Below are positions 19,409 to 29,654 of a stretch of DNA of 64,000 nucleotides, piece by piece. The position numbers were made by a program, and so were the translations under genes. The notes under the pieces were generated by a model. It did not search any database. It worked only from the letters and a program-made list of their open reading frames with translations, and was not told the origin of the DNA. Source of the DNA: Candidatus Eiseniibacteriota bacterium (GTDB lineage: Bacteria; Eisenbacteria; RBG-16-71-46; CAIMUX01; JAHJDP01); the NCBI GenBank assembly GCA_018831195.1, contig JAHJDP010000031.1, positions 7,151 to 71,150 of the forward strand, written 5' to 3'. How positions within the stretch are numbered: the first letter of the stretch is position 1; each line of letters starts with the position of its first letter.

Positions 19409-21076
19409 GTGAGTGCCATCCTGCTGGATCATGACCAGGTTCCAGGCCTCTCCGCCGAGGATGTCATCCTCGCGCAATGGGCCATTGAAGAAGCTCGTCG
19501 TTTGGGTGCGACCTATGCCGAGGCCCGCTGGGGATTATTGGAAACCCGCCGCATCCGCATCAAAGATCAACATGTCGCTCTTCTCGCCCACACCAATCAT
19601 CGCGGCCTCGGTCTCAGGGTATTGGTTGACGGCGCATGGGGATTTGTCTCCCACCCCCTGCAGCCCCCGACCGGGGAGACCCTCGTAACACCGGCCGGTG
19701 AGGATCTTCTGAGAGGTGAGATTCAGCCGGATGAGACCCATCCGCCCATCTCCGCGATCGATGATATCTTCGATGTCGATCTTTCCGCAAGAGGGCCGAT
19801 CCAGCCCCATACCGCCGCGTTCGCCTATGCCAGACTGAAAGGAACGATCATCAGCTTGGCGGAAGCTGCCGTCGCCATGGCGCGCGCCGCCGCCGCACAC
19901 AACCGCCGCCCGATTCAATTGGCCCCGGCCGCGCCTCAAAGCGGCGTCTGGCGCACTGATCGCGAGCGCGATCCCTTCGAAGTCCCCCTCGAAGAAATGG
20001 TCGAGTACCTGATGACCGCCGAGAAAGTGTCGCGGCAAGCTGAAAAAGATCTTGTTTCCACAGAGACATGGCTGACGGCCTGGCGGAAAGCCCATTGGCT
20101 TTGTACAAGCGAGGGAACTCTTATCCTTCAAGAGATTCTTGAGTGCGGCGGCGGTTTGAAATGCCTCGCTCATACCGATGGCGTGACCCAGGAGCGCACC
20201 TACCCCGGCTTGAGGGGATGCGATTGTGAAACCGGCGGGTATGAGAGGCTTCTTGCACACGAGCTTCAAAAAAACGCGCCCAGGGTCGCCGCGGAGGCGG
20301 TCGCTCTGACCACGGCGCCTCCCTGCCCATCTAAAGTCAGCGATCTTGTCATCGATGGATCGCTCGCCGCCATACAGATCCATGAGACGATCGGCCACGC
20401 GGTGGAGCTGGATCGCGTCTTTGGCAGCGAGGAAAGCCTGGCCGGCGGCAGTCATCTCACCCCCGACAAACTCGACTGGTTCCGCTTCGGCTCTGATCTG
20501 ATTAATGTCTCGGCCGATGCCACGGCCGCACTGGGCTTGGGGAGCTTCGGTTACGATGATGAGGGAACACCGGCCCAGCGGGTTCCCATCATAAAGAACG
20601 GCGTCTTCAGCGGGTATTTAACAAATCGCGAAACGGCCGGCAAATTGGGGATTTTAAGCGGCGGTGCCGCCAGGGCGCAGGACTGGAGCCATATGCCGTT
20701 AATTCGTATGACAAATGTCAACCTGGCGCCCGGCGGTTGGACTTTTGATAAACTCATCGAAGACACGGAAAATGGTTTTTATTTTGAGACCTCGAAGAAT
20801 CCCAGTATTGATCATCTTCGCTTGAACTTCTTCGTCGCCGCGGAGATGGCTTGGGAAATACGGGATGGCAAGAAGATCCGGATGTACAGGGATCCGGCCT
20901 ACGGAGGAATCTCGTATCAGCTCTGGCGCGCTTGCGATGCGATCACAGATTACCGCCATTGGCGGATATGGGGCATCCCCAACTGCGGGAAGGGAGATCC
21001 CAAACAGATCGGCCATGTCGGACATGGGGCTTCGCCCCTGAGAATGCGAAATGTCCGGATCGGATCGCGATCATGA
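19409..21076 (+). CDS. tldD: TldD metalloprotease subunit
   Basis: HETIGH zinc motif, GSFGYDDEG, RMTN, CGKG cysteine ligand. Start approximate. Confidence 0.9.
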   Translation: MSAILLDHDQVPGLSAEDVILAQWAIEEARRLGATYAEARWGLLETRRIRIKDQHVALLAHTNHRGLGLRVLVDGAWGFVSHPLQPPTGETLVTPAGEDLLRGEIQPDETHPPISAIDDIFDVDLSARGPIQPHTAAFAYARLKGTIISLAEAAVAMARAAAAHNRRPIQLAPAAPQSGVWRTDRERDPFEVPLEEMVEYLMTAEKVSRQAEKDLVSTETWLTAWRKAHWLCTSEGTLILQEILECGGGLKCLAHTDGVTQERTYPGLRGCDCETGGYERLLAHELQKNAPRVAAEAVALTTAPPCPSKVSDLVIDGSLAAIQIHETIGHAVELDRVFGSEESLAGGSHLTPDKLDWFRFGSDLINVSADATAALGLGSFGYDDEGTPAQRVPIIKNGVFSGYLTNRETAGKLGILSGGAARAQDWSHMPLIRMTNVNLAPGGWTFDKLIEDTENGFYFETSKNPSIDHLRLNFFVAAEMAWEIRDGKKIRMYRDPAYGGISYQLWRACDAITDYRHWRIWGIPNCGKGDPKQIGHVGHGASPLRMRNVRIGSRS

Positions 21077-22437
21077 GATGCATCTGGCCGACACCTGAAA
21101 TCGAAGACATCATCGTTGATGTTATGGATGACGCGGTGGAGCATGTCCCGGGAGACGGCTTGCATCTCCTTTTAGAAGCGACACGGGAGCGCGTTTTTAG
21201 ACTGGCTGATGGAGAGATCCACCAAACCGCAGACAGAAAAGACCTCCGTCTTATCGTGACGGCTATCGAAGGTAACCGGCAAGGGGTTGTCTCCACCGGA
21301 CTTCTCGTTCCCGACGAGATACACACCGCCATAGGCCGGGCGCGGCGGATCTGCAGTTTTCTTCCGCCCGATCCGCAATTCCCCGGTCTGCCGGGTCCGG
21401 TGAAGGCAGCGCAGGACGGCGGCGATCATCATGACCGGGAGACGGCCAATGCCACATCCGAGGAGCTGGCGCGTATCGCATCCGTCGGGCTTGAAACGGC
21501 GCGCGCCGAGGGCGCCATCGCGGCCGGAGCGCTGAGTGTGCGGGAGAATCTGTTCCTGGCTCGCGACAGCGAGGGGCTGGCTTCGCGCAGCATTTCTACA
21601 AAAGCTGATCTATCCCTTACCTGTTTCGCGGGATCGGGCGGCAAGCAGAGCTCGGGTTACTCAAATCGATTCGCCTGGAGACTATCCGATCTGAATCCCG
21701 AAGAAACGGCGATCAAGGCCGCGCGCAAAGCAAAATACGGCATTGTCCGCCGTTCTCTGAATCCGGGTTTTTATACGGCGATTCTCGGACCGACCGCGGT
21801 CGCGGATTTGGTCGGTATTCTGGCGCACATCGGATTCGGCGCAACAGAAGTGAACGAATACCGCAGTTTCGCCAGCGGGCGGTTGGGCGAAAAAGTTTTG
21901 GATGAAAAGTTCACTCTCCGGGATGACCCGCAGCATCCCCAGACCGCGGCGCCGGGAATCGACTATGAGGGTATTCCCACAAAACCCCTGACTTTTGTGG
22001 AGAGGGGTGTGCTGAAAGACATCGCCACGAATCACCGCACGGCCCATCTCGGCAATAAACCATCCAATGGGCGGGGCGCCGATCCTTTATCAAGGTGGAC
22101 CGATATCTTGATGAATCATCTTGTCATGGAGCCGGGCGCCACATCGCGCGAAAAGATGATACGTTCGGTTCATAGGGGCATCCTGATCAACCGCCTCTGG
22201 TACGCCAGAGTTGTACAACCGCGCGAAACGCGGATCACGGCGCTGACACGGAACGGACTGCTGACGATCGACGGAGGAGAAATCACGGGCGCGGCCGGCA
22301 ACTTCAGGACAAACCTATCGCTCGTGGAACTCCTCTCGCATCTCAAGGCCGTATCCGACACAACAGTGCCGACCCATGGCGTTGTTGCGCCGACTCTTCT
22401 TGTTGAAGGATTCCCACTGACCAGTCCCAGCGCTTAG
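21073..22437 (+). CDS. tldE: TldE/PmbA partner subunit
   Basis: ATGA overlap with tldD, DYEG, TALTRNG, no HExxH. Confidence 0.85.
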   Translation: MRCIWPTPEIEDIIVDVMDDAVEHVPGDGLHLLLEATRERVFRLADGEIHQTADRKDLRLIVTAIEGNRQGVVSTGLLVPDEIHTAIGRARRICSFLPPDPQFPGLPGPVKAAQDGGDHHDRETANATSEELARIASVGLETARAEGAIAAGALSVRENLFLARDSEGLASRSISTKADLSLTCFAGSGGKQSSGYSNRFAWRLSDLNPEETAIKAARKAKYGIVRRSLNPGFYTAILGPTAVADLVGILAHIGFGATEVNEYRSFASGRLGEKVLDEKFTLRDDPQHPQTAAPGIDYEGIPTKPLTFVERGVLKDIATNHRTAHLGNKPSNGRGADPLSRWTDILMNHLVMEPGATSREKMIRSVHRGILINRLWYARVVQPRETRITALTRNGLLTIDGGEITGAAGNFRTNLSLVELLSHLKAVSDTTVPTHGVVAPTLLVEGFPLTSPSA

Positions 22438-22461
22438 GTGGAGCAGGGAGGTATTCTTTAG

Positions 22462-25029
22462 ATGTCATTCAGATTCTGGGTGCCGATCTTTACGGCGGTT
22501 TTTTCAATTTTCGCCGTATCGTTCATACCCGGTTCCGCCCACGCCGTCTCCAAGCGCCCGCTGGCCGTTCATGACGTCGTGATGATGGCCACTCCTCAGC
22601 AGGCCGACTTCAGTCCGGATGGCGATTGGATCGCCTATGTCCTGCGCACCGCCGACCTGGATAAGAACCAGATGCGGCGGCAAATTTATCTTGCCTCGCG
22701 CCGCGGCGGCAAGCCGCGCGCTGTCACCCGCGGGAATGAATCGGCTCAGCGTCCCGACTGGTCACCGAATGGCAGCTATCTCGCTTTCCTCAGGAAACCT
22801 GATGCACCCGGCGCGAAGGAAACAGATGACGAACAGCTCTGGCTCTTGCCAATGGGCGGTGGAGAGCCCTTCCCTTTGACGAACCTCGGCGGTGGTATTT
22901 TAGACTATGCCTGGACACCGGATGGACGGTCGATCCTCGTCCTGACCCCCGAGGATCAGGCGGCCGGAATGAAGGAATATGCCGGGAATCGGGAGGAGAA
23001 AGGTTATGACGCTGACGCGAAGGACAAAAATATTCCTCGGAAGATCCTTTGGCGTTATCCCGTTCCCGAGGGAGATCCCAAGCTTCTCTTCCGCGGTGAT
23101 CGCGGGATGGAGGAATTCGAGCTAAGCCCCGACGGGCAATGGGTCGCCTATTTGTCAAACCTCACCGGTGTTCTCGCGGATGAGAACGAGACGGAAATTT
23201 ATCTCCTGGGGCTCAACGAAGAACGCATCCGCCGGCTCACACATCGCTACGGCGCCGAAGGCAACATTCATTGGACTCACGATGGAGAGGGTGTCATTTG
23301 CACCGCCGTGAAGACCGACTCGCTCATGTTTTCCCAGATGGAAGTGTATGTCCTTCCCGTGGGCAGCCGGCGCCTGGACAATCGAGATCATGTTCCTTTC
23401 TCGCGGTGGATCCCCTGGACAAATCTCCTCGATCGCGAGGTCGACGCTTTTCTATGGCCCGCCAAGAGCGGCGCCGGCTTTGTCATCGCGCAGGATCATT
23501 TTTCCGCGCGGCTGGCGACACTCGACGGCGAGGGTACGGCGCGCTGGCTGACCGATCCGCGTAAAGTTATACAATATGGCGCCGTCTCAGACGACGGGAA
23601 ATATCTTGCCCTCACCATCGAGACGCCTGAATCGCCCGCGCAACTTGTTCTCGTAAACTACGAAGGGCGGATTGCGCGGGTGCTGGATGAACCGAACAAA
23701 GACCGCTTTAAAGATATTCAACCGGCGTGGCAGAGCGTTTATAGCTGGAACAGTTTCGACGGCCAGGAAATCGAGGGCCTGCTCATTCAACCCTGGTGGA
23801 CCGAGGTTCTTCCGCCCTATCCGCTGATTGTAGATATCCACGGCGGTCCGTCTTGGCATGTGACGCATGAGCTAAGCCAGACGATTCAGACCTGGGCCGG
23901 CGAAGGGTATCTGGTGCTGGCGCCCAATTACAGGGGAAGCACAGGGTATGGAAATGAATTCTCCATTTCAAACGTGCGCGATCTCGGCGGCGGCGATTAT
24001 CGGGATATCATGGCCGGTGTGGATCAGTTGATTGCGGACGGCATCGCCGATCCCTACCGAATCGCCATTATGGGCGGGTCGTATGGCGGCTACATGGCGA
24101 ATTGGGCTATTACACAATCGAGCCGGTTCGCCGCGGCGGTATCTGAGTACGGCATTTTCAGCCTGATCACTGACTTCTCGATGAGCGATTATCCCATGTG
24201 GGAGAAATCATATCTCCGAAAATATTATTGGGATGATCTCGGCGCCTACCTGCAAATGTCGCCGGTTTTCCACGCCGAAAATGTCACAACCCCCGTATTG
24301 ATCATGCATGGCGAAGCAGACAATAACACCTTCATCTCCAACTCGATGGAAATGTATAGGATGCTTCGAACGCTCGGCAAGACCGTCGAGTTCCATCAAT
24401 TCCCTCGTGAAGGGCACGGCTTTGCCGAACCGGCGCACAAACTCGAGGAAATGCGCCTCGCCCGCTCTTGGTTCGACCGTTTCGTGACGCATGGAGCCAT
24501 CTGGCCCCCTGAATACAACGAGCTTCGAAAAACACCGCGCGAGCATCTTCCGCCGTTTCTCGCCGATCAGATCCGGTCAATCGATGATCTCCCCCGCCTC
24601 TACCGGCCGGGCGATACGCTGAGCGTCAATCGCGGGACCCCATTACAAGCGATCGTGGGTGAGATCAGCACACCGAGCAGCTACGGCGATGAGAGGCCGG
24701 GTGGACGTTTTGTAGAAGTAGAGATACTTCTCTCCCATCAAGGCTGGGGGATGCGTTCGTATCCGCTGCAAATGAATGATGTCGTGATGCTGGGGCCCTC
24801 CGGCCGGAATCATCCTCCGGCGGGAATCCCCTTTTCCGCTCATGGCCAGACAACATTAATCCACGGCGAAAATCTCATGGTGCGCCTATCACCCGAACCG
24901 ACGGGAATAGGTCAATGGCAGCCGGTTCGCGTCACCTTCGATATTCCAAGAGATCTACATCATGTGCCCCTCGTGATCGGTCCCTTCCCACCGGTTCTGA
25001 TCAATGTGGGTGAATCAGTGGCTAATTAA
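22462..25029 (+). CDS. Secreted S9 family peptidase with C-terminal extension
   Basis: Signal peptide, PD40-type SPDG repeats, HGGP, GGSYGG, HGEAD, REGHG. Confidence 0.92.
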   Translation: MSFRFWVPIFTAVFSIFAVSFIPGSAHAVSKRPLAVHDVVMMATPQQADFSPDGDWIAYVLRTADLDKNQMRRQIYLASRRGGKPRAVTRGNESAQRPDWSPNGSYLAFLRKPDAPGAKETDDEQLWLLPMGGGEPFPLTNLGGGILDYAWTPDGRSILVLTPEDQAAGMKEYAGNREEKGYDADAKDKNIPRKILWRYPVPEGDPKLLFRGDRGMEEFELSPDGQWVAYLSNLTGVLADENETEIYLLGLNEERIRRLTHRYGAEGNIHWTHDGEGVICTAVKTDSLMFSQMEVYVLPVGSRRLDNRDHVPFSRWIPWTNLLDREVDAFLWPAKSGAGFVIAQDHFSARLATLDGEGTARWLTDPRKVIQYGAVSDDGKYLALTIETPESPAQLVLVNYEGRIARVLDEPNKDRFKDIQPAWQSVYSWNSFDGQEIEGLLIQPWWTEVLPPYPLIVDIHGGPSWHVTHELSQTIQTWAGEGYLVLAPNYRGSTGYGNEFSISNVRDLGGGDYRDIMAGVDQLIADGIADPYRIAIMGGSYGGYMANWAITQSSRFAAAVSEYGIFSLITDFSMSDYPMWEKSYLRKYYWDDLGAYLQMSPVFHAENVTTPVLIMHGEADNNTFISNSMEMYRMLRTLGKTVEFHQFPREGHGFAEPAHKLEEMRLARSWFDRFVTHGAIWPPEYNELRKTPREHLPPFLADQIRSIDDLPRLYRPGDTLSVNRGTPLQAIVGEISTPSSYGDERPGGRFVEVEILLSHQGWGMRSYPLQMNDVVMLGPSGRNHPPAGIPFSAHGQTTLIHGENLMVRLSPEPTGIGQWQPVRVTFDIPRDLHHVPLVIGPFPPVLINVGESVAN

Positions 25030-25050
25030 CAACATGGAAGGCGGATTAAC

Positions 25051-26688
25051 GTGCCGAACCCGGAAATCTTCACTCGGGAAGAACGCCGGCTGTTGGAGCC
25101 CTACTTCACAAATCTCGACGAACGGGTCTTTGCTTTAACAAATCTGCCCGAGGTGGTCAAAGGCGCCCTCTTCGCACGCTACTCCCGATCACCGAAATCC
25201 CTCCGCCGCCTTTTTCTTGATGAATTCATTGATACCGATCACGGCGCCGCGTTCGATACCGGCGCCGGCCTCCGCCGCGCCCGGGAACTGTACGACCGCG
25301 TCTTTATCGAGTTCGGGGATGATTCGGTCGCTCAACTCGGCGGCGCGCATCTCGCCGTCGAGGGCGCATCGAATATCCTCACCAAGATTCTCGAGCGCGG
25401 CCGCCTCATGTCTTACCTTGAACAATCAACCCGCTATATCCCCTTCACCAGCAGGCTGGACGGACGCTGGCGTTATTGCATTCCGCCGGAACTCGAGAAT
25501 CATCCCGCGCGGAAGGTCTATATCGAAGTGTTGGATGAGATCTTCGAGACTTATACAGAGTGGGTAAAGCCTTTGCAGGAGCTTCTTTCAACCCGGTTTC
25601 CGCAGGGAACGGAATCGGTTGCGGTCCATCATCGAACACTTCAAGCAAAGGCATTGGATATTCTGAGGGGATTGTTGCCGGCGGCGACAACGTCCAATTT
25701 GGGACTCTTCGGCTCCGGGCAGGCCTTTGAATCCCTTCTATTGCGAATGCGGGCTCATCCATCAGCGGAAGCGAGAGAAACAGCACGCTTAATGCTCCAT
25801 GAATTACGAAAGGTGATTCCAGAGTTTCTTAAACGCGTGGACCAGGAAGAGCGGGGTGTTGTATGGAGCCGCTATCTATCGGAAACCAGGGAAGAAACAG
25901 AACGGATGGCGTCTGAGTTTTTTGGAGAGGATTCCCCGTTATCGAAGGAGGAAAAGGGACCTGCGGAAAAATCGCAGACGGTGCAGCTGACCGATTTTGA
26001 TCCTGAGGGTGAAATCAAAGTCATCGCCGCGGCGCTTTACTCCACTTCAAATCTGCCGGATGGGGAATTGCTGGCGCGCGTGCGCCGGATGCCTCACGAA
26101 GACCGAGTGCGGGTTCTCAAGGCCTATGTCGGATCCCGTCGCAATCGGCGGCACAGGCCGGGGCGCGCCTTTGAGCGCACATCGTATCGCTTCGATATCC
26201 TCTCCGATTACGGCGCTTTCCGCGATCTGCAACGCCATCGGATCCTCAGCATTGAATGGCAGCAGCTGACGACCCATCATGGTTATCATTTTCCGCAGGA
26301 ATTGGAAGCCTCCCCACTGGGCGACCGCTGGCATCAGATCATGACCCGCTCTTCGGAGCTGTTCCATCGATTGGCGGTTGAGGGTTTGGAGCGTGTCGCT
26401 TCGTATGCCGTCTGCATGGCTTACCGTATCCGCTACTACATGGAAATGAACGCCCGTGAGGCAATGCATCTGATCGAATTGCGGACGGCCCCGCAGGGAC
26501 ACACCTCCTATCGCCTTATCGGGCAGGAGATGCACCGATTAATCGCTGAGACGGCCGGTCATCGAGCGATCGCCGAGGCGATCTCTTTCGCCGATCACAC
26601 ATCCGGTGAAGAAGGTCGTTTGAGCGCGGAGATGTCATTGGAAACGCGTCGGACGGATCATGGAAGCATATTGAGGCTCGAAGAATAG
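25051..26688 (+). CDS. thyX: FAD-dependent thymidylate synthase, duplicated Thy1 form
   Basis: FARYSRS, GDDSVAQL, EQSTRY, RDLQRHR, MNARE...ELR. Confidence 0.85.
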   Translation: MPNPEIFTREERRLLEPYFTNLDERVFALTNLPEVVKGALFARYSRSPKSLRRLFLDEFIDTDHGAAFDTGAGLRRARELYDRVFIEFGDDSVAQLGGAHLAVEGASNILTKILERGRLMSYLEQSTRYIPFTSRLDGRWRYCIPPELENHPARKVYIEVLDEIFETYTEWVKPLQELLSTRFPQGTESVAVHHRTLQAKALDILRGLLPAATTSNLGLFGSGQAFESLLLRMRAHPSAEARETARLMLHELRKVIPEFLKRVDQEERGVVWSRYLSETREETERMASEFFGEDSPLSKEEKGPAEKSQTVQLTDFDPEGEIKVIAAALYSTSNLPDGELLARVRRMPHEDRVRVLKAYVGSRRNRRHRPGRAFERTSYRFDILSDYGAFRDLQRHRILSIEWQQLTTHHGYHFPQELEASPLGDRWHQIMTRSSELFHRLAVEGLERVASYAVCMAYRIRYYMEMNAREAMHLIELRTAPQGHTSYRLIGQEMHRLIAETAGHRAIAEAISFADHTSGEEGRLSAEMSLETRRTDHGSILRLEE

Positions 26689-26782
26689 CGCCGCGGCGCC
26701 GGATAGAGAAACGCCCTGCCGGGACAAGAAACTCCGGATGAACAGATGCATCTTGCCGGCCGGGCGCCCCTTTTCAATCCGC

Positions 26783-28642
26783 CTACGCCGTTGTGTTTAT
26801 CTTATGCGAAGCCACCTTGAATTGACTGAGCAATTTCTGCAGTTCAGATGCCATCTCCGTCAATTTCTCGGAGTTGGCCCGTGTCTCCACCGCACCCGCC
26901 GCTGCATCGCCCGCCGAGTTGTTGACACCTTGAATGTTTGAGGAGATTTCATTGGCGCCTTGCGCGGCTTGACTTGCATTATTGGCAATCTCACCGGCTG
27001 CCGTCGAGGCGCCGCTAATGTTACTGGCAATCTCATTTATCGTCGCGGATTGCTCTTCAACAGCGCTGGCAATGGTTTGTGTGATTGAATTGACTTCCGT
27101 AATGACGTCGGAAATCTCCTTTATCGCTTCGACCGCATTGCCGGTGTTTGATTGCATCTCCTGAATCTGCCGCCCGATTTCTTCGGTCGCCACGGCGGTC
27201 TGCTTCGCTAATTCCTTGACTTCATTGGCGACAACGGCAAATCCCTTGCCGGCCTCCCCGGCCGAGGCCGCCTCGATGGTGGCATTCAGAGCCAGGAGAT
27301 TTGTCTGATCGGCGATATCGCTGATTGCATCGAGCACTTTGCCGATTTCTGCGGAGGAGCTGTTCAAGCGTTCCATTGTTTCCCTTGTTTGTTTTGTTTT
27401 GGAATCGGCCGATATCGCAATAGACGCCGCCTGCCCACAGTTCCCCGCCACTTCGCTCAATGATGAACTCATCTCCTCAATCGAGGAGGCCACGGTATTT
27501 ACCGAAGTGGACATTTCATTAGCGCCGGAAGCCATGTTCACAATATTTGTCGAAAGTTGCTCTGTCGCCGCTGCAACATTGCTTGCCTGGCCTCGCATAA
27601 CTTCGGAGCTCGACGCCAAGTTGTTGGATGTCACGGTCATTTCTTCAACCGAGTCCAGCACAGTGCGAGTGTGCTCCAGGACTTGAGAGATAACGGTTTG
27701 GATCTTTTCCGCAAAGATATTGAACTGACCGGCCATCCGGCCGATTTCATTGTCAACCGAATCATCCAATCGGGCGGTTAGATCGCCATCCCCCATTGCA
27801 ATTTCCTGCATCGCGCGGCCCGCCGCACAAATCGGCTTTATAATAATGGCGCTTAGCATAAGGGATGAGGCAACAAGCGCGATTGTCACGAGAAGCAGGA
27901 TTCCCTGAATCTTGAACTGGAGATCCCGCGCTTCCTTTCGGATGGCGGTACCTTGAGCTTGCACTTCGGCGTCGATGAAGTCGATATACTCACCGGTGCC
28001 AAAAACCCAATTCTTCTGCGGATATAGTTTCACATAAGAGAGTTTCGCGTATCCTTCGTCTGTTGTTCCGCCGCCCGATTTTGGTTTGGGCCAGTAATAG
28101 GTGACCGTTCCCGCGCCCTTTGCTTTCACAACGGCATTCATATCGACAAAGAGGTTCGTCTCTTTGATATGCGACACCTCTGCCGCGTTTTTGTTGAAGA
28201 TCCTTCCATCATGAGCGATTTTCTCGAATTTCTTCTTATCTCTGAAATCGGAGATGTCGGTGCCATCGAGTTTTGGAACCGTTGGGTGCATGACCATTTT
28301 CGGTTTCGTGGGATCTACGGGATCATACGAGTGAATCCATATATAGGCGGATCCATACTGCAGATTTTTCACGAGATTCAGACACTCCGCTTCGGACCCT
28401 CCCGCCATCTCACACTTCGTTACGGCGGCAATCGCCAGATCAACCTGCGCACTCAATCTTGAGGCAACCGCCTCTTCATATTGCGCCCGCAACCCCTGCA
28501 ATCTACCATCCGTCTTACTTTCCATACCGGTCATGATAACAATCTGGACGACGGTCATTCCCAAAATGACAGGGACAACGACCCCGATAAGCATCTTTGC
28601 ACGAATACTGGAAAACAGCTTCCCGGAAAGGATGGCAGGCAT
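26783..28642 (-). CDS. Methyl-accepting chemotaxis protein with Cache sensor and HAMP
   Basis: Two TM helices, MVMHP...YYWPKP...GTGEY Cache motifs, [37 protein letters not shown]. Confidence 0.95.
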   Translation of the reverse strand: MPAILSGKLFSSIRAKMLIGVVVPVILGMTVVQIVIMTGMESKTDGRLQGLRAQYEEAVASRLSAQVDLAIAAVTKCEMAGGSEAECLNLVKNLQYGSAYIWIHSYDPVDPTKPKMVMHPTVPKLDGTDISDFRDKKKFEKIAHDGRIFNKNAAEVSHIKETNLFVDMNAVVKAKGAGTVTYYWPKPKSGGGTTDEGYAKLSYVKLYPQKNWVFGTGEYIDFIDAEVQAQGTAIRKEARDLQFKIQGILLLVTIALVASSLMLSAIIIKPICAAGRAMQEIAMGDGDLTARLDDSVDNEIGRMAGQFNIFAEKIQTVISQVLEHTRTVLDSVEEMTVTSNNLASSSEVMRGQASNVAAATEQLSTNIVNMASGANEMSTSVNTVASSIEEMSSSLSEVAGNCGQAASIAISADSKTKQTRETMERLNSSSAEIGKVLDAISDIADQTNLLALNATIEAASAGEAGKGFAVVANEVKELAKQTAVATEEIGRQIQEMQSNTGNAVEAIKEISDVITEVNSITQTIASAVEEQSATINEIASNISGASTAAGEIANNASQAAQGANEISSNIQGVNNSAGDAAAGAVETRANSEKLTEMASELQKLLSQFKVASHKINTTA

Positions 28643-28904
28643 GGCGCAACTCCTTATTTTTAAACTCCTTGCACGGTTCTTGTCGCCGGCGACAGACAGG
28701 CCGGTGTCCACATCGGAGTTAAAACAGTGATGTTCATTAAATCGGTGACGCGGGAGGGGATCTGTAATTTTCGTTGCGGGTGTGGGCCGGAGAGAAACTA
28801 TCTCTATATCGCCCTTTCAGACCCCCTTGGGCCCCCTTGGAAGACTGGGATTTCGACCCAAATTCGTGTGGATCCCCAATCCCCTGAGGCCCTACGATCA
28901 GGAT

Positions 28905-29567
28905 ATGACCCTCGGTGACACGACATATTCGAGACCAAAGATCGCCGTGCTGATCCTTTGCGCCGGCGCCTCACGGCGCATGCGATTTCCAAAATTTCTT
29001 TTGGAGATTCAGCGAAAATCAGCGGTGTCTCTGATTTCCTCCATCGCATTGGAACAGCTGGAGGGACCAGTGGCGATTGTGGCGCGGCCGGAGGAGCGAG
29101 AGATTATTGAAACATTATCCGGATTGCCGGATTCTCAACGCTTGTACATCATCGAAAACTCAGATCCGGATGCGGGCCGGACGGGTTCGATCCAGGCGGG
29201 ATTGCAACACTTTTCAAGACTCAGTAGTGAATCACCATCCGGCTGTTTAATTTGGCCGGTTGATCTTCCGCTGGTTCGCCCGCAAACTGTGCGGCGCCTG
29301 GGTTATAAGTTGGAATGGTCCGGTCCCTCGGCGGTCATCATCCCGACTTGGGAGAGCCGAGGTGGACATCCCGTCGCCGTCGGCAAGAACCATTGGCCCG
29401 CTTTGTTTGAGATGGGCCCGGATACTCCTCTCCGGGAACTTTGGAAAGATCCAAAATGCTGTATTGAAATGTTGCCGGTTGAAGATCCTGGTATCCGGGT
29501 TGATCTCAACACGCCGGAAGAGGCGGAGCGCTGGCTAGGGGCTCCCGCACGACCTTGGTCGCCCTAA
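28905..29567 (+). CDS. MobA/MocA-like nucleotidyltransferase
   Basis: LCAGASRRM..PK, WPVDLP, GGHPV, DLNTPEE; adjacent to xdhC. Confidence 0.82.
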   Translation: MTLGDTTYSRPKIAVLILCAGASRRMRFPKFLLEIQRKSAVSLISSIALEQLEGPVAIVARPEEREIIETLSGLPDSQRLYIIENSDPDAGRTGSIQAGLQHFSRLSSESPSGCLIWPVDLPLVRPQTVRRLGYKLEWSGPSAVIIPTWESRGGHPVAVGKNHWPALFEMGPDTPLRELWKDPKCCIEMLPVEDPGIRVDLNTPEEAERWLGAPARPWSP

Positions 29568-29626
29568 TCTTATGCACTCGAGTTTCATACGCTTGAGTCG
29601 TTACACTCTTGGGCTATTATGAACCT

Positions 29627-29640
29627 GGTTTCATGAAACC
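29627..29640. promoter_or_regulatory. Perfect 14-bp palindrome, candidate operator
   Basis: GGTTTCATGAAACC just downstream of TTGAGT-N16-TATTAT and upstream of xdhC. Confidence 0.45.
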
Positions 29641-29654
29641 GAAAAGATGGAGAT

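Noticed and set aside
19651-19845. Intein in TldD
   Set aside because: Too short, and lacks the C/S start and HN-C/S/T end.
20851-21072. N-terminal 74 aa of the TldE ORF as given in the track
   Set aside because: It overlaps the tldD 3' end; the ATGA-coupled start at 21073 is more plausible.
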